Counted from the first letter of the stretch, positions 26,588-40,341 are shown. The stretch: 64,000 nucleotides of DNA from Chiloscyllium plagiosum (GCF_004010195.1 NC_057718.1:91535145-91599144); one strand, 5' to 3'. The notes: generated from the sequence alone by a model not told the origin. Numbers and translations: made by a program.

Positions 26588-27246
26588 TGTAATGCCAGAC
26601 CAGATATCAAATTTGTGTGTGACAATATTCTGCCTTTAACTGATGTTCTGGCCTGTTTCTCTTGAAGAGGGATGTTGTCACCATGGTGCTGACATGTATA
26701 CTTCAGAAGCAATTGGTAAACAGCTGTGAATTCCTTCAGTTCTTTTTCATAAGACAAAAGAAACATGACTGGGTGGAGTCAGGCACTCACAACCCAGGGC
26801 TTTAGCTATGCTTTCAATTGCAGTTTGCTGTTGAAACTGATAGATACATCAGCAGCAAAAAGCTTGAGTTCTCCCTTTGCTGCTTGATTGATTCTTTCAG
26901 TGTTCCTGTGTCCTGGTGTGGAGAGGAGATAGCCCTTCAGGAAAATCTGGTTAACTACATTTGCCTTTTTGAAGGGTGTACTTATGGGATGCTGTTACAT
27001 TGAACAGTTAATGATTAGTCATTAAATAATATATTATTTAAGTATTTCAATGGAGCTAAAGTTATGCCAATGTTTTCTGTTTGTATTTTAGCTGTGTTGT
27101 AACAATAAAGTGTATTTTGTTTAAAGCTAGTCGTGGACCAATCAAAAGATCTGGACACAGCGCCTTACACTTGCCTTTAACTAAATGAAAGTTAGGGTCT
27201 GGGTTACCTCCTCGAGATATATGAGGTGGTTTGGTCTGTCATAACA
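26588..27246 (+). mobile_element. Probable solo LTR
   Basis: TG..CA ends with imperfect inverted termini tgtaatgccagacc / ggtctgtcataaca (12/14); internal aataaa at ~27104; no TSD seen. Confidence 0.55.
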
Positions 27247-27539
27247 TATGTTAACTTTCTGGTCCCCAGCAGAATGCAAGTAGACCAAGTAAGAGATTCC
27301 GGTACTCACTAAGAGATAAAGTTTTAAAATTTGAAGATTTTAACAAATCACAATGGAGTTTACTACACATGGTTAGAACAAGAATATCATTGAAAATATG
27401 TGTAGACAATTTCTGTTCCAACACTCAATTAGAATTACCTAGAGTTATGTATGTGTGATACATTCACTGTGGTTGAACACTTCACAAAGCACATCAAATA
27501 GCAAATGCACACAAGACAGATCCCATGGATTTTTCAGTA

Positions 27540-28530
27540 ACCCCTCAGATATTAGAGAGGCAGTTGTTGATGGCAATGTGACTGATGTGCTATACATGGG
27601 CTTGCAAAAAACATTTTATAACATGCCATGTGAGAGGCTTTTTAGCAGATTTTAGTAGTTATGGACGAAAAGCAAATGTGGAACCATGAATATGAAGTTG
27701 GCTACGTGACATGAAATACAGAGTATAAATGAACTATTGTTTTTTGGACTGAAGGAGTTATATGAGGAGGTTCCCCTGGAATTGGTAGTAAGGACCACTG
27801 CTTTTCTTGATCAAATAATAAAATGGACTTCAATATGCTGGGCATAATTCCAAAATTTAAGATGGTTCACAACATGAAATTATTGTGAACAAGACGGCAT
27901 GGACAGGCTAGTGGAAAAGGTAACAGGTTAAAATTAATACAAAATATAGTGATATATTTTGGTCAGAGGTAACAAGACAGACACAAAATAAACGAAAAAC
28001 TTTTGAAGAAGATACAGTAGCTATTTCTTGAAGCTCGTAGGACAGATTGAAAAAGTGATAATTAAGGCATATGGTTTCTTGGCTTTATAAATAGAAGGAT
28101 AGAGTACAAAAGCAAAGCAGCTATCATGAATGTTTAACACTAGTTCAGCCTCAACTCATCATGTTCAATCTGGGTATGACATTTTAGGAAGGATGGGAAG
28201 GCATTAAGAGAAAACACTGCAAAAAATTAGGAGAATGGACTTGTGTTATGTCGACAGATTGGAGAATCTGGGAATGCTCTCTTTCGAGAAGATGGGACAA
28301 GTTTGTTAGGGGTGTTTAATATCATGACAGTCCTGGACTTAGTAAATTGGGAGAACCGTGTGGTAGCAATTCAGTTGTGGTTTACAAAATTAAATTGGAT
28401 AATTCTCTGAATAGAAAATATCTGCAGGAGTGCAGGAAAAGCAGACAAATTTGAATAGCCGAACTGCACTCACAAGGAGCTTGCACAGACATGACAGGTC
28501 AAATGGCCTCCTTCTATGCTTTAACAGTTT
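27540..28530 (+). mobile_element. Old CR1 RT/3' fragment
   Basis: DVLYMGLQKTF, gatagagtacaaaagc, CR1 3' tail aaatggcctccttctatgct. Confidence 0.75.
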
Positions 28531-28699
28531 AGTTCCGTCTTTCTGGACAAAGAAGAGATTGAGGGACATAGTGTTAGTTTAGTAAAATCAACTGAAAGGA
28601 TTGATCTTGCTGGGTCAGATTGTCCTTTCATGTCCTTAGAATACTTCTACCAAAATTAAGAATGCAATTAAGACAATAAACTAACCCATAATGGAGGAT

Positions 28700-29265
28700 A
28701 TTTTTCTCTTTTGGTTTTCCCAACTTAATTTGTCCACAACATCCATGATTCTGCTAGATGACATCTTGCAAACCTCCTGACAATGTTCTCTAAAGAGAGC
28801 AATCCCAGATTATCCAATCTACCTACATAACTCAAGTCCACTAAATCCATTCTCTTAATTATTTTACTGTATCTTCCCATTCATCCTAAAATGTCATATC
28901 CAGACTGGACATGATAAGTTGAAGCTGAACTAGTGTTTTATAAATACTCATAACAGCTGTCTTGTCTTTGTACTCTATCCTTTTATTTATAAAGCCAAGA
29001 ACCCACATGCTTTTTTTAATCACTTTTTCAATCTGTCCTACCAGCTTCAACTAAATGCTACTGTATCTTTTTCAAAATTCTTTCCTTCATTTTGTATAGT
29101 CTTTCTTCTTATCTCTGACCAAACCATATCACTATTACCTGTCACCTTTCCCCACCAGCCTGTTCACGTCTTCTTGAATTCGATCACTATCTTCATAGTT
29201 CACAATAATTTCAAGTTATGTGCCAACTGTAAATTTTGAAATTGTGCTCAGCATATCCAAGTTTA
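28700..29265 (-). mobile_element. Old CR1 fragment, inverted counterpart of 27830-28330
   Basis: Reverse complement aligns by eye to the upstream copy (gatacagtagc..ttgaagct.gtaggacagattgaaaaagtgat). Confidence 0.75.
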
Positions 29266-30134
29266 CAACATAGAAGACTTAAACATTTGTCATGTGACAA
29301 GTATAGTAAGCTTTATAAAATCATCTTAATGAATGGTAACATGTAAACCAATTGGCAAACACTTTCACTGATCTAACTGATTCGACAATACACTATAAGC
29401 AAACTGAACATCACTTAACAAAACCTTTGACATATTTGTTATATTTTTTTTCCACTGGCAAACCTCTTACCACATTCAGTTGAAGCTTCACTCTGATATT
29501 TTGTGAAAAGAATGACTGGATTGTTTGCAACCTAATATACCATAATCTGGAATAGAATTCAACTCTATGATGCAGATTTCTCAGAGGATATATTTACAAT
29601 TGCTCATGAAAATTTCAGCATTAAAACATACAGTCAATGCAGCCTAATAACCATTTATGACTACTTTCAGTGATCTTAGTTCTTTAGAATGGACTTATGC
29701 AATTTTTTCGGATTCTGGGGCATTACAACTCAACCTTACAAACAGCTGCAGCATCAACATGGAACATCAACAACTTCTGTGCTGCAGGAGCCTTTTCCCT
29801 CAATTGAGCACTAATTTGGGTAAGATCCTGCATAGCATATTCAATGCACAGTAAGCAATCTGCATCCTTCACTCAGTGTGAAGACATTATTTTGAGCAAG
29901 TTCATTAACCTAGCTGGATTGGAAGGTTAACTAGCTAACTGAGAGAAAAGGCTTGAAACTGGATAAAGGAACAGCTTTGATACAAAAAATTTAAATGAGC
30001 ACCTTTATTCCTTTTGATATTCATTAGTTTATTATAAGGAAGAAAGATGGTCTTGAATTTGTAAGCATTTATCTGCAGAAAATGGGTGTACATCTGTCAC
30101 TGAAGTGCTCCATAAAAGAATAATATCGACTTAC

Positions 30135-30256
30135 CCATGTTACTAAGCGAGTAGCTTGGGGATGGAGAGAAGACTTGAGCTGCAAAATCTTCAAATGTCA
30201 GGATCTCTTTGTGTTGCTGAACTATTGCTTCAACGTACTGAGCTCTTTCTTCATAA
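30135..30256 (-). CDS. RALGAPA2: Ral GTPase-activating protein catalytic subunit alpha-2, near-C-terminal coding exon (122 nt, phase 2 to phase 1)
   Basis: cag|T TAT GAA GAA...AAC ATG G|gtaagt encodes [40 protein letters not shown]; matches my recall of the RalGAP-alpha C-terminus (YEERA...[12 protein letters not shown]), and SPSPSYSLS favours alpha-2 over alpha-1. Confidence 0.93.
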
Positions 30257-30277
30257 CTGTATGACTGGTTAAAGAAA
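30257..30277 (-). promoter_or_regulatory. U12-type (minor spliceosome) branch site and 3' splice site
   Basis: Minus strand TTTCTTTAAC-cagtcata-CAG: one mismatch to consensus TTCCTTAAC, ~12 nt from the AG, no polypyrimidine tract, phase 2. Confidence 0.75.
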
Positions 30278-31859
30278 TTGCCACAGACATAGTTTGATAA
30301 ACATATTAAAGGTCCTTTGCAATACTTGAAAAGGCCTAATCACCACCTGTATTTCTAACTGTCAAAAAGTGCGCGATGTTTATTCCACAAAATTTGATAG
30401 TTTCAGAACTTTCCGTAAATTCCAAATGTCCTATGAAATCAAGAATTCTAACAACTTGCATTCTAAATGAAAACTGCTGGTGACCTCTGTGTATATAATG
30501 TATACAGTCATTAGCAGTTATAGTTATTGGCAGTTTCTCCATGAGAATGTGTTTTCATATATTTAAATGGAAATAAATAATTCAATCCTGTTGAAGGAAC
30601 AGATTCCAGCATAATATGACAGATGGCTCCAATAAAATTTAACATTTTTAGATTGCAATCTACTTGCTGTTGCATACTTCAACAGAATTTAACAGTTTAA
30701 AAAAAAACAGGGAAATAGAAAACATAAGTCAAAGCTTCGCTATTATTTTTCTCCTATTACATGTGGTCAACTTGCAATCAGAGCAGTCCCAGGTGTAGAA
30801 ATCTTCTGAATGGACCAGCCATTACATTTTGAACATAGCTCTCCCTGCAACTTGTTGTAAAACTTTGGATCAATCAAAACCATTTAAGAATGCTTCAACA
30901 TAAACACTTTGGAAGATGTCACTGTACTGCACCACTGTATTCAATTTCAGCCGTGTCACAGTTAATAATCAGCACATGCCAGGCCTGCCACAAATTATTA
31001 TTTAAGAACAGGAGTTCCAGCAGCAAAATAAAACACCGTACAAGAAATATACTCTGTCAAAAATCTGATTACATTATCTGCAGTAAAACACTACTAAATT
31101 GCTTTCCTATGACCGGGATAAAACATAGAACTGGCACAGTAATCAAAAAACAGTCACCAATAACTTATAAGTGTGACAGGGTTCAACAACCTGCCAGCTG
31201 CCCTAATAGGACCCCTGCTTGTAGCTGCTTTTCATGATACATTGTGGAGAGCTTTTATTTTCTTCTTTGTGTAAAGTTTCCTCCTCTACTGAAGCAGTAA
31301 AAATTACAGTTATAAATCACATACAGAATCCTGGCCCCTTGTAAAGCTGGATGTTGTCTTTAATTCTCCCTCGGAAAGTCAAGCTGATGTAGCAACTTGG
31401 AAGCGCTCAAGTCAAAATTGGAACACATAAAAGAACATATTAAAAAAAGTCTACAAATGGAGAAATTGGGTTAACTGATATTTTAAAACTATTTACTGCA
31501 GCTTTAGTGTGAAATAATATACAAAAACAACATCTCTGCACGTACACTTGGTTTGGCTTGGAGATAGTGAGAAGAAGGTTGGGTTAGTGGTGAGAAAGGA
31601 AGATACTTATAAAATTTAGGATATGCGCATTCCAGAATTTTACAGACATAAAATGGAAAGTTATGAAAAATATTTAAACATGAGCAAACAAAAAAGGAAG
31701 TTATCTCTCCAAATTATTTAAATTGCTGTTCATGGTTGGTCAGCATATAGTACGATTTATATCATTCTCTAAATTTAAACTCGTGTGCCCACTATTTAAT
31801 GCTAGAATTGAAATACGGACCAGAGTTTATTTACTGCTGGCCTTTCTCTTTGACTTAAA

Positions 31860-32400
31860 TTCTGATGACCCTAGTTAATGAATAGCCCGCTTAATTTGCT
31901 AAGAGCAAAGGCACACATTCTCTGTCAATTCTTCAGGGACCAACTGATGCCATTCACAAGTCATTAGAAGTCGTCTTTTCCTGAAATACATACAGGCTGT
32001 TGCTAGGCCTCCCTATTCCATATTGCCACAGCAAGCCACTGGCCTCGTCAACAGCAGGCTGTTGGGCTGGTGTGTCCGTCTGGCGAACAGGCGCTTTGAC
32101 ACTAAGCTGGCACGTGCTGGCGCAGCAGGAGCAGGCTTGGGCGTGACAAATTGTTGAAAGAGCTGAGCTAAAGTTGAGGCCGGGAGCCACCTGAGCCTCA
32201 GGCCCTCTATGGGCCTGTCATCAGTCGCCAATTCATTGCTTGGCCAATAGTCTGTAGTCAGCTTCTGGGCTCAGTTTAAACAAGGCAAAAACAATATAAA
32301 GCCCTTTCAGGCGATAGCTAATAACACCCTGCTGTTTAATGAAAGGGCCTGCATAACTAACACGTAAGCATACAACGCAGCACACAACTGCTAACAAAAC
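31860..32400. promoter_or_regulatory. Candidate conserved non-coding element/enhancer
   Basis: Unique, GC- and CpG-rich block in an AT-rich intron; CACGTG 32111, GCCTCAGGC (AP-2) 32195, CTGTCATCA (TALE) 32215, GTTGCTAGG (RFX half site) 31999; conservation not testable here. Confidence 0.55.
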
Positions 32401-35400
32401 AGAGACATTCACTAAATAATGTATGCAAAGACAGTAAGACTAGGGCCTCCAAATTAACGTAGACCCAAATGATCCAGTACAATAGCCAGTTCACTTATGA
32501 AGGCAAGCAGGCAGCCAGTAATACAGACCGTGACAACATGCATCAAGTTTGGAAGGAGGCAGCAGGAATAATGATAGCTCACTGCATGTATTAGGATTTT
32601 ACTGACTGTATGTTTTAACCCTGAATGGTTACTACACTATTTGTACTGTGCAAAGGTTCCTGCTTATTAACTTTTTTAACACTTCAATTCAAAGTTATGG
32701 CAAATTACTACCTAAGTTGAGCATTTTGATTTGTAATAAATATATGTTCATGTTAAGTGAAGCTGACAGATGATGATCAAAATCATTTCAAATTAATGTT
32801 CTTGCTTAATATTATTAAACCTTGTGATATCTTTGAATTTTACATAAAACTGCAAAAAAAGGCTAGATTTTTTATGTTCTGTAGATAGGGGTTCAGTTTA
32901 CAAGTTCTCCAGTATTGGTCGTTAGCATTAAAGGCAATTATCTTTCTGAAAAGAGATAGGCAGATTACTACAAGCATAAAAAGGAATAACAAACCAGTTA
33001 ATGTTCACATTTATATAGAATGACCATCATTTAAGATGCCCTAGAAACAGAAATTCTACACATGAAGAATGTTAAAGATTTGATATAAATTAGCTATCTC
33101 TTTAAGATAACCCAAGTGAATTTTACAAAATTAATGACCAAATATCAGAGGGAAAATTCCTTTACAATTCAATTAAATCCTTATGTTGCAGTTCACAGGC
33201 TAACACAGAACGAAAAATGCACATCACATGTTCATTGCCACAGCAACTGATGTCACCAAGAATGAGTCACTTTGAAAGTAAGTACATTAGAAAAGGCTGT
33301 AAACATACAGCCTTGCAAAACCGGCCACTTAATGAGAAACGCATTATAAACATTACCTCAGCAAAGAGAAAAAAACCCAGTAAAATTAAGGAAGGCACTT
33401 GGAACAGTTTCGCTCCAGTCTCATTAAAAATTGAACTCTCTAAAAATTGGTGCAACACAATAAAACAAATCAACAAAGCCCAAAAGGTAAATAAAGCCAT
33501 ATGGTCCTCTATTATCATAAATTCTACATGACTGCGATTGAGATTACTTGACTAAATATTGACTGAAGCTAAAACAGACACGATTTCCGTAGATAGGATA
33601 CAACTACGTAGAAAAATTGTCTGCAATGTAACTAACTAGATAAAACAGTGCAATAAATTTATCTGAAACAATGTTTCCTGAAATGGAGTCTTCTATTAAA
33701 GATGGATTAGCTTAGTCATGTGTCAAATGACAGCTAAACCTTTGTAACAATGGAAATTGTTGATGTTTGCCTCTCCAAAAGAAATTATCCTGCAAGGTAA
33801 CTAAATTAAATCCAACACAGTGACATTATTTATTCTGTTTCAGATAATTCTGAATAATGCATATGACTAATAAATTATTATTTTTCATTATGGACCAGAA
33901 GGACCCAGGTTCAGTCCCTCATTTGTACTAAATTGTCACTGTTGAGGTGACAATAGGCTTGCTATAATTGGGCTGGAAGGAGAAAAGAATTATTCAGGAC
34001 TTGAGACTGCTATAACCCAACAAAGGATTCCTGCATTTCGCTCTGCTTGAGATGTTATATTGCAACGTAATACAATACAGTGACACTGAAAATAATTAAA
34101 GCTAGAAAATATCAAGTTTTTCTGATCAAAGACCAATTCTTCCTCTAATAAATAAACAAATAATCCTACTTCTAAACAGCTCATATGAAAAAAACCTATG
34201 GTAGACATTTTTCATTTATGAATGCTCAGATGAATATTAGATGATTACAAGTAAACACAGTAGTTTCTTTACAACTCTGGTCTGTGTTTAATGTGTCACT
34301 GCAAAGAATGTTTGGCAACATACTGCAAGGATCCATTCAATTTGGCAACCAATTACCGTAAATAAGTTAATCCTTGGGGACTACACTTTTGCTTTGGTAA
34401 AATATAAATTCTGGATTGTAAGGGGCAAAGTCTGTTTGTGAGGCCCACTGTTAAATCACCAAGAAAGAAAACAGCTTGACAGAAGTAACGTAAAACCTTT
34501 TCAGGATGAGGTTAACTAGCACCTGCAAACCTGCTTAACAGAAATTGAAGCTTTCAGCAAAGATTTGGAGGGAGAAAAGGTAACTGTTTTAAAAAAATCC
34601 CGAAATGTCCAACTAAGAGAAAGATAATATACTTCTCAAAGCATTAAATAACCATAACATTCCAAAAGAGTAGAATACTCAGTGATTTGAAATGCACCAA
34701 GAGGTTTTAACCTATAAACAAACAGTAGAAATATTGAGATGATAACAATGAAGAAATCTTGTTGCAATATATGGCTGATTGGCACATTTTTTTCAATTTT
34801 CAACAGAGTTGCAGAATGTAATTCAAACAAATTTGGCGTGACTAGAAACATCCATGTGTATTTTATTTACATGGATTTAATTGGAAACAACCAGAGTTTA
34901 TGCATCTGATTAATTATGATCTCCAAAGAAATCCTGTGTGACCAGTTAAGCCCTGGGTTCCAATTAATGATCGGCATATATTTTAGAGATGTGCTTCCGT
35001 TGGGAACAAATTAACCTGTGTTGCTAATATGCATATTTGAATAGGTGGTCACAGTGTGACAAGATAAATGTCAGTTTCCAAGACCAAAAAATTCCAAACA
35101 GAGAACAAAAAGTAGAACAGAACCTCTTAAATGCAATTCTCATTTTGTGCGTTAGCTACTTTTACCAGGCTTGGACATATGAATCAACTTGCAGGTCAGC
35201 ATAACCTTTGAATGCTGAATTGCCCATCTAACTACAGTGGGCACCAATGCCATTCTGTACAGACACTTGCAATTTACTTGGATGACAATTGACAGCACAG
35301 CTTATAGCTGACAGGAAACGATTCTCAGTCCTGTGATCATTGGATGAACCAATACTGAATTTGCGGCAATTTGTCATTCATCTTTTCACTAAAAAAATGT

Positions 35401-35755
35401 AAAACAAACCTGCATCCCCAAAGCTGACAAGGCCCTTCCCTCTCCTAAAACTATTCAGAAGGAAGCTTGTAGAGGCTTATTCTTGGGGAAAGCACGGTCA
35501 ATTTCTTATGATTATTTTTGAACTATGAAGTATTTTCCTTGTAGCTAGATTATGGAAAAATCTTTTGCTCTCATGCTTTCCCTCAATTGCATTAATGTCT
35601 GTACATTTCAGAGGGTGAAGGGCTTATTAAGGAAAAGAAAGAAAACTTCTTCAGTAAAGTTTACAGCACACACTTTACCTGGCTTATCTTGAACACCACA
35701 GATAGTTACTCTCATTGCCCTAACTCAATGTTTTTTTCTTGTTTGTTTTTAAGGC

Positions 35756-36068
35756 AGATATTAGATTACTTTACAGTGTGGAAACAGGCCTTTCGGCCCA
35801 ACAAGTCTACACCGACCTGCCGAAGTGCATACCACCCATACCCCTACATTTACCCCTTACCTAACACTACGGACAATTTAGCATGGCCAATTCACCTGAC
35901 CTGCACATCTTTGGACTGTGGGAGGAAACCGGAGCACCCGGAGGAAACCCACGCAAACACGGGGAGAATGTGCAAACTCCACACAGTCAGTCTCCTGAGG
36001 CGGGAATTGAACCCGGGTCTCTGGTGCTGTGAGGTAGCAGTGCTAACCACTGTGCTACCGTGCCGCCC
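35756..36068 (-). mobile_element. HE1-like V-SINE
   Basis: Minus-strand head gggcggcacggtagcacagtggttagcactgct, B-box ggttcaattcc, V-domain and CR1-type tail. Confidence 0.9.
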
Positions 36069-37269
36069 TGATATAATGTTATTAATACAGGAATGGAGGC
36101 GGCAGGCTAACAAACAGGAGGTCTTGACAAGTTCTGTGAAAGGCTAGCCTTTCTGTCAAAAATAAAAGAAATCTAACAAGTGGTATTTATTGTAAGTTGT
36201 AGCTTGTTAGTTTGTGGAATGGTCTACACTTGTCACAGTTATAGCTCTGCTAGAGCCTGCAGACTCAAAACCTAAAATTGTCAGAGATTCAGACCACCCA
36301 TGAAAAACAGAAACTTGACAATATAGTTTCATTTGGTTTCTGCTCAATTAGAGTTGGCTCCCAGGCCTAACTTGAATCGTCTTAGAAAGGAGGTTACTTG
36401 AAAGCCACAGTACCAGATCTCTGCTCTCCCTTCCTACTTTCGGGATTTCCCAATGGAGACACAAAATCGGCTAGCCTATATAAATATACCATAACAGTAC
36501 ATAAATATGAAATATATATCATTCAACATATCTCATGGCATTTGTACAATATGATGCAGGGAATAAAGATGCCCAGAAACCCCTGAAATCCAATATTGTT
36601 TTGGGTGTTTGCATTTTGGATGGTTGACAGGTAATTTGCATTTCAAAGGTTGAGAAAGACTTGCTCATCATGGTGAAATTGATTGCATGGGCAACAGAAC
36701 TTTATAAAACCTTGTTAAAGCAAGAGCTGGTTGGGTATCAGAAATATTAGTTGGCACCACCACTTGGTGGAAACTCCAGTAGAAGCCAGAAAGCTGGGCA
36801 AGAAAATGTAATGATCTTGACCCCAAAAACCTGGAAACAAGAGCACAGCCTTATGGCAGATGATGTGATGGATTCAGCAACAGAAAATTTAAGATCTTAG
36901 TTCCACACTAAGCATGTACGCTTTAAAAAGAATCCATGGTGTCAAGTAAAAGGATTTGTGCTCATGACTAACTTTTTAAAGATTAGCAGCTGTTATTACA
37001 GTTCTTTATATTTTCTGATCCCATGACTGAAATTGTTGTTGCATGCATGCAGATTAGTATGCTCTCATCTGTTTAGGCTGTTATTTTAAGAACATGAAAA
37101 AAATGATATAATAAACAGTAATGTTTCATGGGTAAAATGGTAGGGAAGGTGGACTTGAAAAGGACAAGAAAGGATGGCAAAAGAAAGAATGAGGATAACA
37201 GAGAACTAAGCTCAACTGCTAAGTGACACCCAATTGGGAGATGGGAAGACATTTTCAGGTGAGATCTAG

Positions 37270-37465
37270 GACCAAATTACTGCAGCTGCGAGAATCTCTC
37301 CTGAAAACAAAAAATGCTGTAAATCACAATGGGTCAGGAATAATGAAAGGCTTATGCCCGAAACATTGATTCTCCTGCTGCTCAGATGCTGCCTGACCTG
37401 TTGTGCTTTTCCAACACCACACTCTCAACTCTGATCTCCAGCATCTGCAGTCCACTTTCTCCTAG
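37270..37465 (+). mobile_element. PLE terminal-repeat remnant with degenerate hammerhead
   Basis: atgaaaggcttatgcccgaaacattgattctcctgct...ctccagcatctgcagtcc. Confidence 0.7.
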
Positions 37466-38004
37466 GCCAAATACAATGACAATCATCATCCTAATTTGAC
37501 TTAATGGTGACATGCCCAATGTTGGGTGATGTGGATCTCATTGGATTTTTGCTCAAATGGTTTGTGCTTATTGTGAGGATTACATGCGCACTGTTTGATG
37601 ATAGAGTAATGCAGTGGAAAGCTCTGTGGAGTGACATCACCTCAATGTTTATGTGATGGAAGTGGGGGTGGGATGGATATATATAAAACAGTAATAAATA
37701 AAATATAAAATGAGAGAGAGAGAGTTAGAGCATTTGTATGGAGTATATGAACAACTGGACTAGTAATGGGACTTTTGATCAACTTGTCACATTGCTGTAT
37801 TTTCTACAACATGGACTACACTTCAAAAGTGTCAACTCAGAATGATCTGACGACATTAAAGGTATTTCTTAAATGCATGTCTTTTACCTTTTTCAAAACA
37901 TTTCCACAAACGTACAATAGTTTGGATACTTTTATTTCCTTTTGTGCTTTCTATTCGGATGGTATAGTTGATTGCAAAATTCAAAACATTACACACTCCT
38001 CAAA

Positions 38005-40341
38005 TAGAGTCACAGAGTCATAGAGATGTACACCACAGAAAAGGACGCTTCCGTCCAACTCGTCCATGCTGACCACATATCCCAACCCCAACTAGTCACA
38101 CCTGCCAGCACCCGGCCTATATACCTCCAAACCCTTCCTATTCGTATACCCATCCAGATGCCTTTTAAATGTTGCAGTCGTACTAGCCTCCACTTCCTCT
38201 GTCAGCTCATTTCGTACACGTACCACCCTTTGCGTGGAATAGTTGCCCCGGAGGTCTCTTTCCCCTCTCACCCTAAACCTATGCTCCCTTGTTCTGAACT
38301 CCCCGACCCCAGGGAAGGGACTTTGTCTGTTCGTCCGATCCATGCGCCTCATGATTTTATAAGGTCATCCCTTAGCCTCTGATGCTCCAGGAAAAACAAC
38401 CCTAGCCTATTCAACCACTCCCTATAGCTCAAATCCTCCAACCCTGGCAACATCCTTGTAAATCTTTTCTGAACCCTTTCAAGTTTCACAACATCCCTCC
38501 GATAGGAAGGAGACCAGAACTGCACACAATATTCCAACAGTGGCCTAACCAATGTCCTGTACAGCCGCAACATGACCTCCCAACTCCTGTACTCAATACT
38601 CTGACCAATAAAAGAAAGCATACCAAACACCACCTTCACTATCCTATCTACCTACAACTCCACTTTCAAGGAGCTATGAACCTGCACTCCAAGATCTTTT
38701 TGTTCAGCGACACTCCCTAGGACCTGACCATTAAGTGCATAAGTCCTGCTAAGAATTGCTTTCTCAAAATGCAGCACCGCGTATTTATCTAAATTAAACT
38801 CAATCTGCCACTTCTCAGCCCGTTGGCCCATCTGATCAAAATCCCGTTGTCATCTGAGGTAACCTTCTTCACTGACCACTACACCTCCAATTTTGGTGTC
38901 ATCTGGAAACTTACTAACTATACCCCTTATTCTCACATCCAAATCATTTATGTAAATGACAAAAAGTAGTGGACCCAGCACCGATCCTTGTGGCCCTCCA
39001 CTGGTCACAGGCCTCCAGTCTGAAAAACAACCCTCCACCACCACCACCCTTTGAGCCAGTTCTGTATCCAAATGGCTAGTTCTCCCTGTATTCTGTGATA
39101 TCTAACCTTGCTAACCAGTCTCCCATGGGAAACCTTGTCGAACATCTTACTGAAGTCCATATGGATCACATGCACAGCTTTGCCCTCATCAATCCTCTTT
39201 GTTACTTCTTCTAAAAACTCAATCAAGCTTGTGAGACATGATTTCCCACGCACAAAGCCAGGTTGACTATCCCTAATCAGTCCTTGCCTTTCCAAATACA
39301 TGTACATCCTGTCCCTCAGGATTCCCTCCAACAACTTGCCCACCGTCATCTTCAGGCTCACTGGTCTATAGTTCCCTGGCTTGTCCTTACCACCCTTAAA
39401 TAGTGGCACCACGTTAGCCAACCTCCAGTCTTCAGGCACCTGACCTGTGACTATCAATAATACAAATATCTCAGTAAGGGGCCCAGCAATCACTTCCCTA
39501 GCTTCCCAGAGTCCTACAGTACACCTGATGAGGTCCTGGGGATTTATCCACTTTTGTGGTTCAAGCCATCCAGCACTTCCTCCTCTATAATATGGACATT
39601 TTTCAAGATGTCACCATCTATTTCCCCATATTCTATTTCTTCCACGTCCTTTTCCACAGTAAACACTAATGCAAAATACTTGATTAGTATCTCCCTCATC
39701 TCCTGCGGTTCTGCACAAAGGCCGCCTTGCTGATCTTTGAGGGGCCCTATTCTCTCCCGAGTTACCCTTTTGTCCTTAATGTATTTGTAAAAACCCTTTG
39801 GATTCTCCTTAAATTTATTGGCCAAAGCTATCTCATGACCCCTTTTTGTCCTCCTGATTTCCCTCTTAAGTATACTCCTACTGCCTTTATACTCTTCTAA
39901 GGATTGAGTTGATCTATCTTGTCTGTACCTAACATATGCTTCTTTCTTTTTCTTAACCAAACCCTCAATTTCTTTAGTCATCCAACATTCCCTACCAACC
40001 TTTCCTTTCACCCAAACAGGAATATACTGTCTCTGGATTCTGGTTATCTCATTTATGAAGGCTTCCCATTTACCTGCGAACATCTGTCCCCAATAAGCAT
40101 GTGAAGGTTCTTGCCTAATAGCATCAAAATTAGCCTTTGTCCAAATCAGAACTTCAACTTTTAGATCTGGTCTATCCTTTTCCATCACTATTTTAAAACT
40201 GGAATTATGGTTGCTGGCCCCAAAGTGCTCCCCAAGCTGACACCTCAGTCACTTACTTGGCCTCATTTCCCAAGAGTAGGTTTTGCAACTTCTCTAGTAG
40301 GTACATCCACATACTGAATCAGAAATTTTTCTTGCATACAC
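38005..40341 (-). mobile_element. 5'-truncated HER1-like CR1 LINE, same subfamily as 17293-22498
   Basis: ORFs NYRPVSL, GKSCLTSLIEF, PQGSVLGPLLFVIYINDL, KFPDDTK; tail (agagtcat)n on plus strand. Confidence 0.95.

Noticed and set aside
30257..30264. Extending the exon to the upstream ccag acceptor (SYSYEER, phase 0)
   Set aside because: That AG abuts the branch site, and the recalled orthologous sequence F-YEER fits the phase-2 acceptor at 30257
31954..32231. Short minus-strand ORFs in the GC-rich block
   Set aside because: No recognisable protein or consistent splice sites; expected by chance at higher GC
35689..36147. 152-aa ORF
   Set aside because: Antisense read-through of an HE1-like SINE
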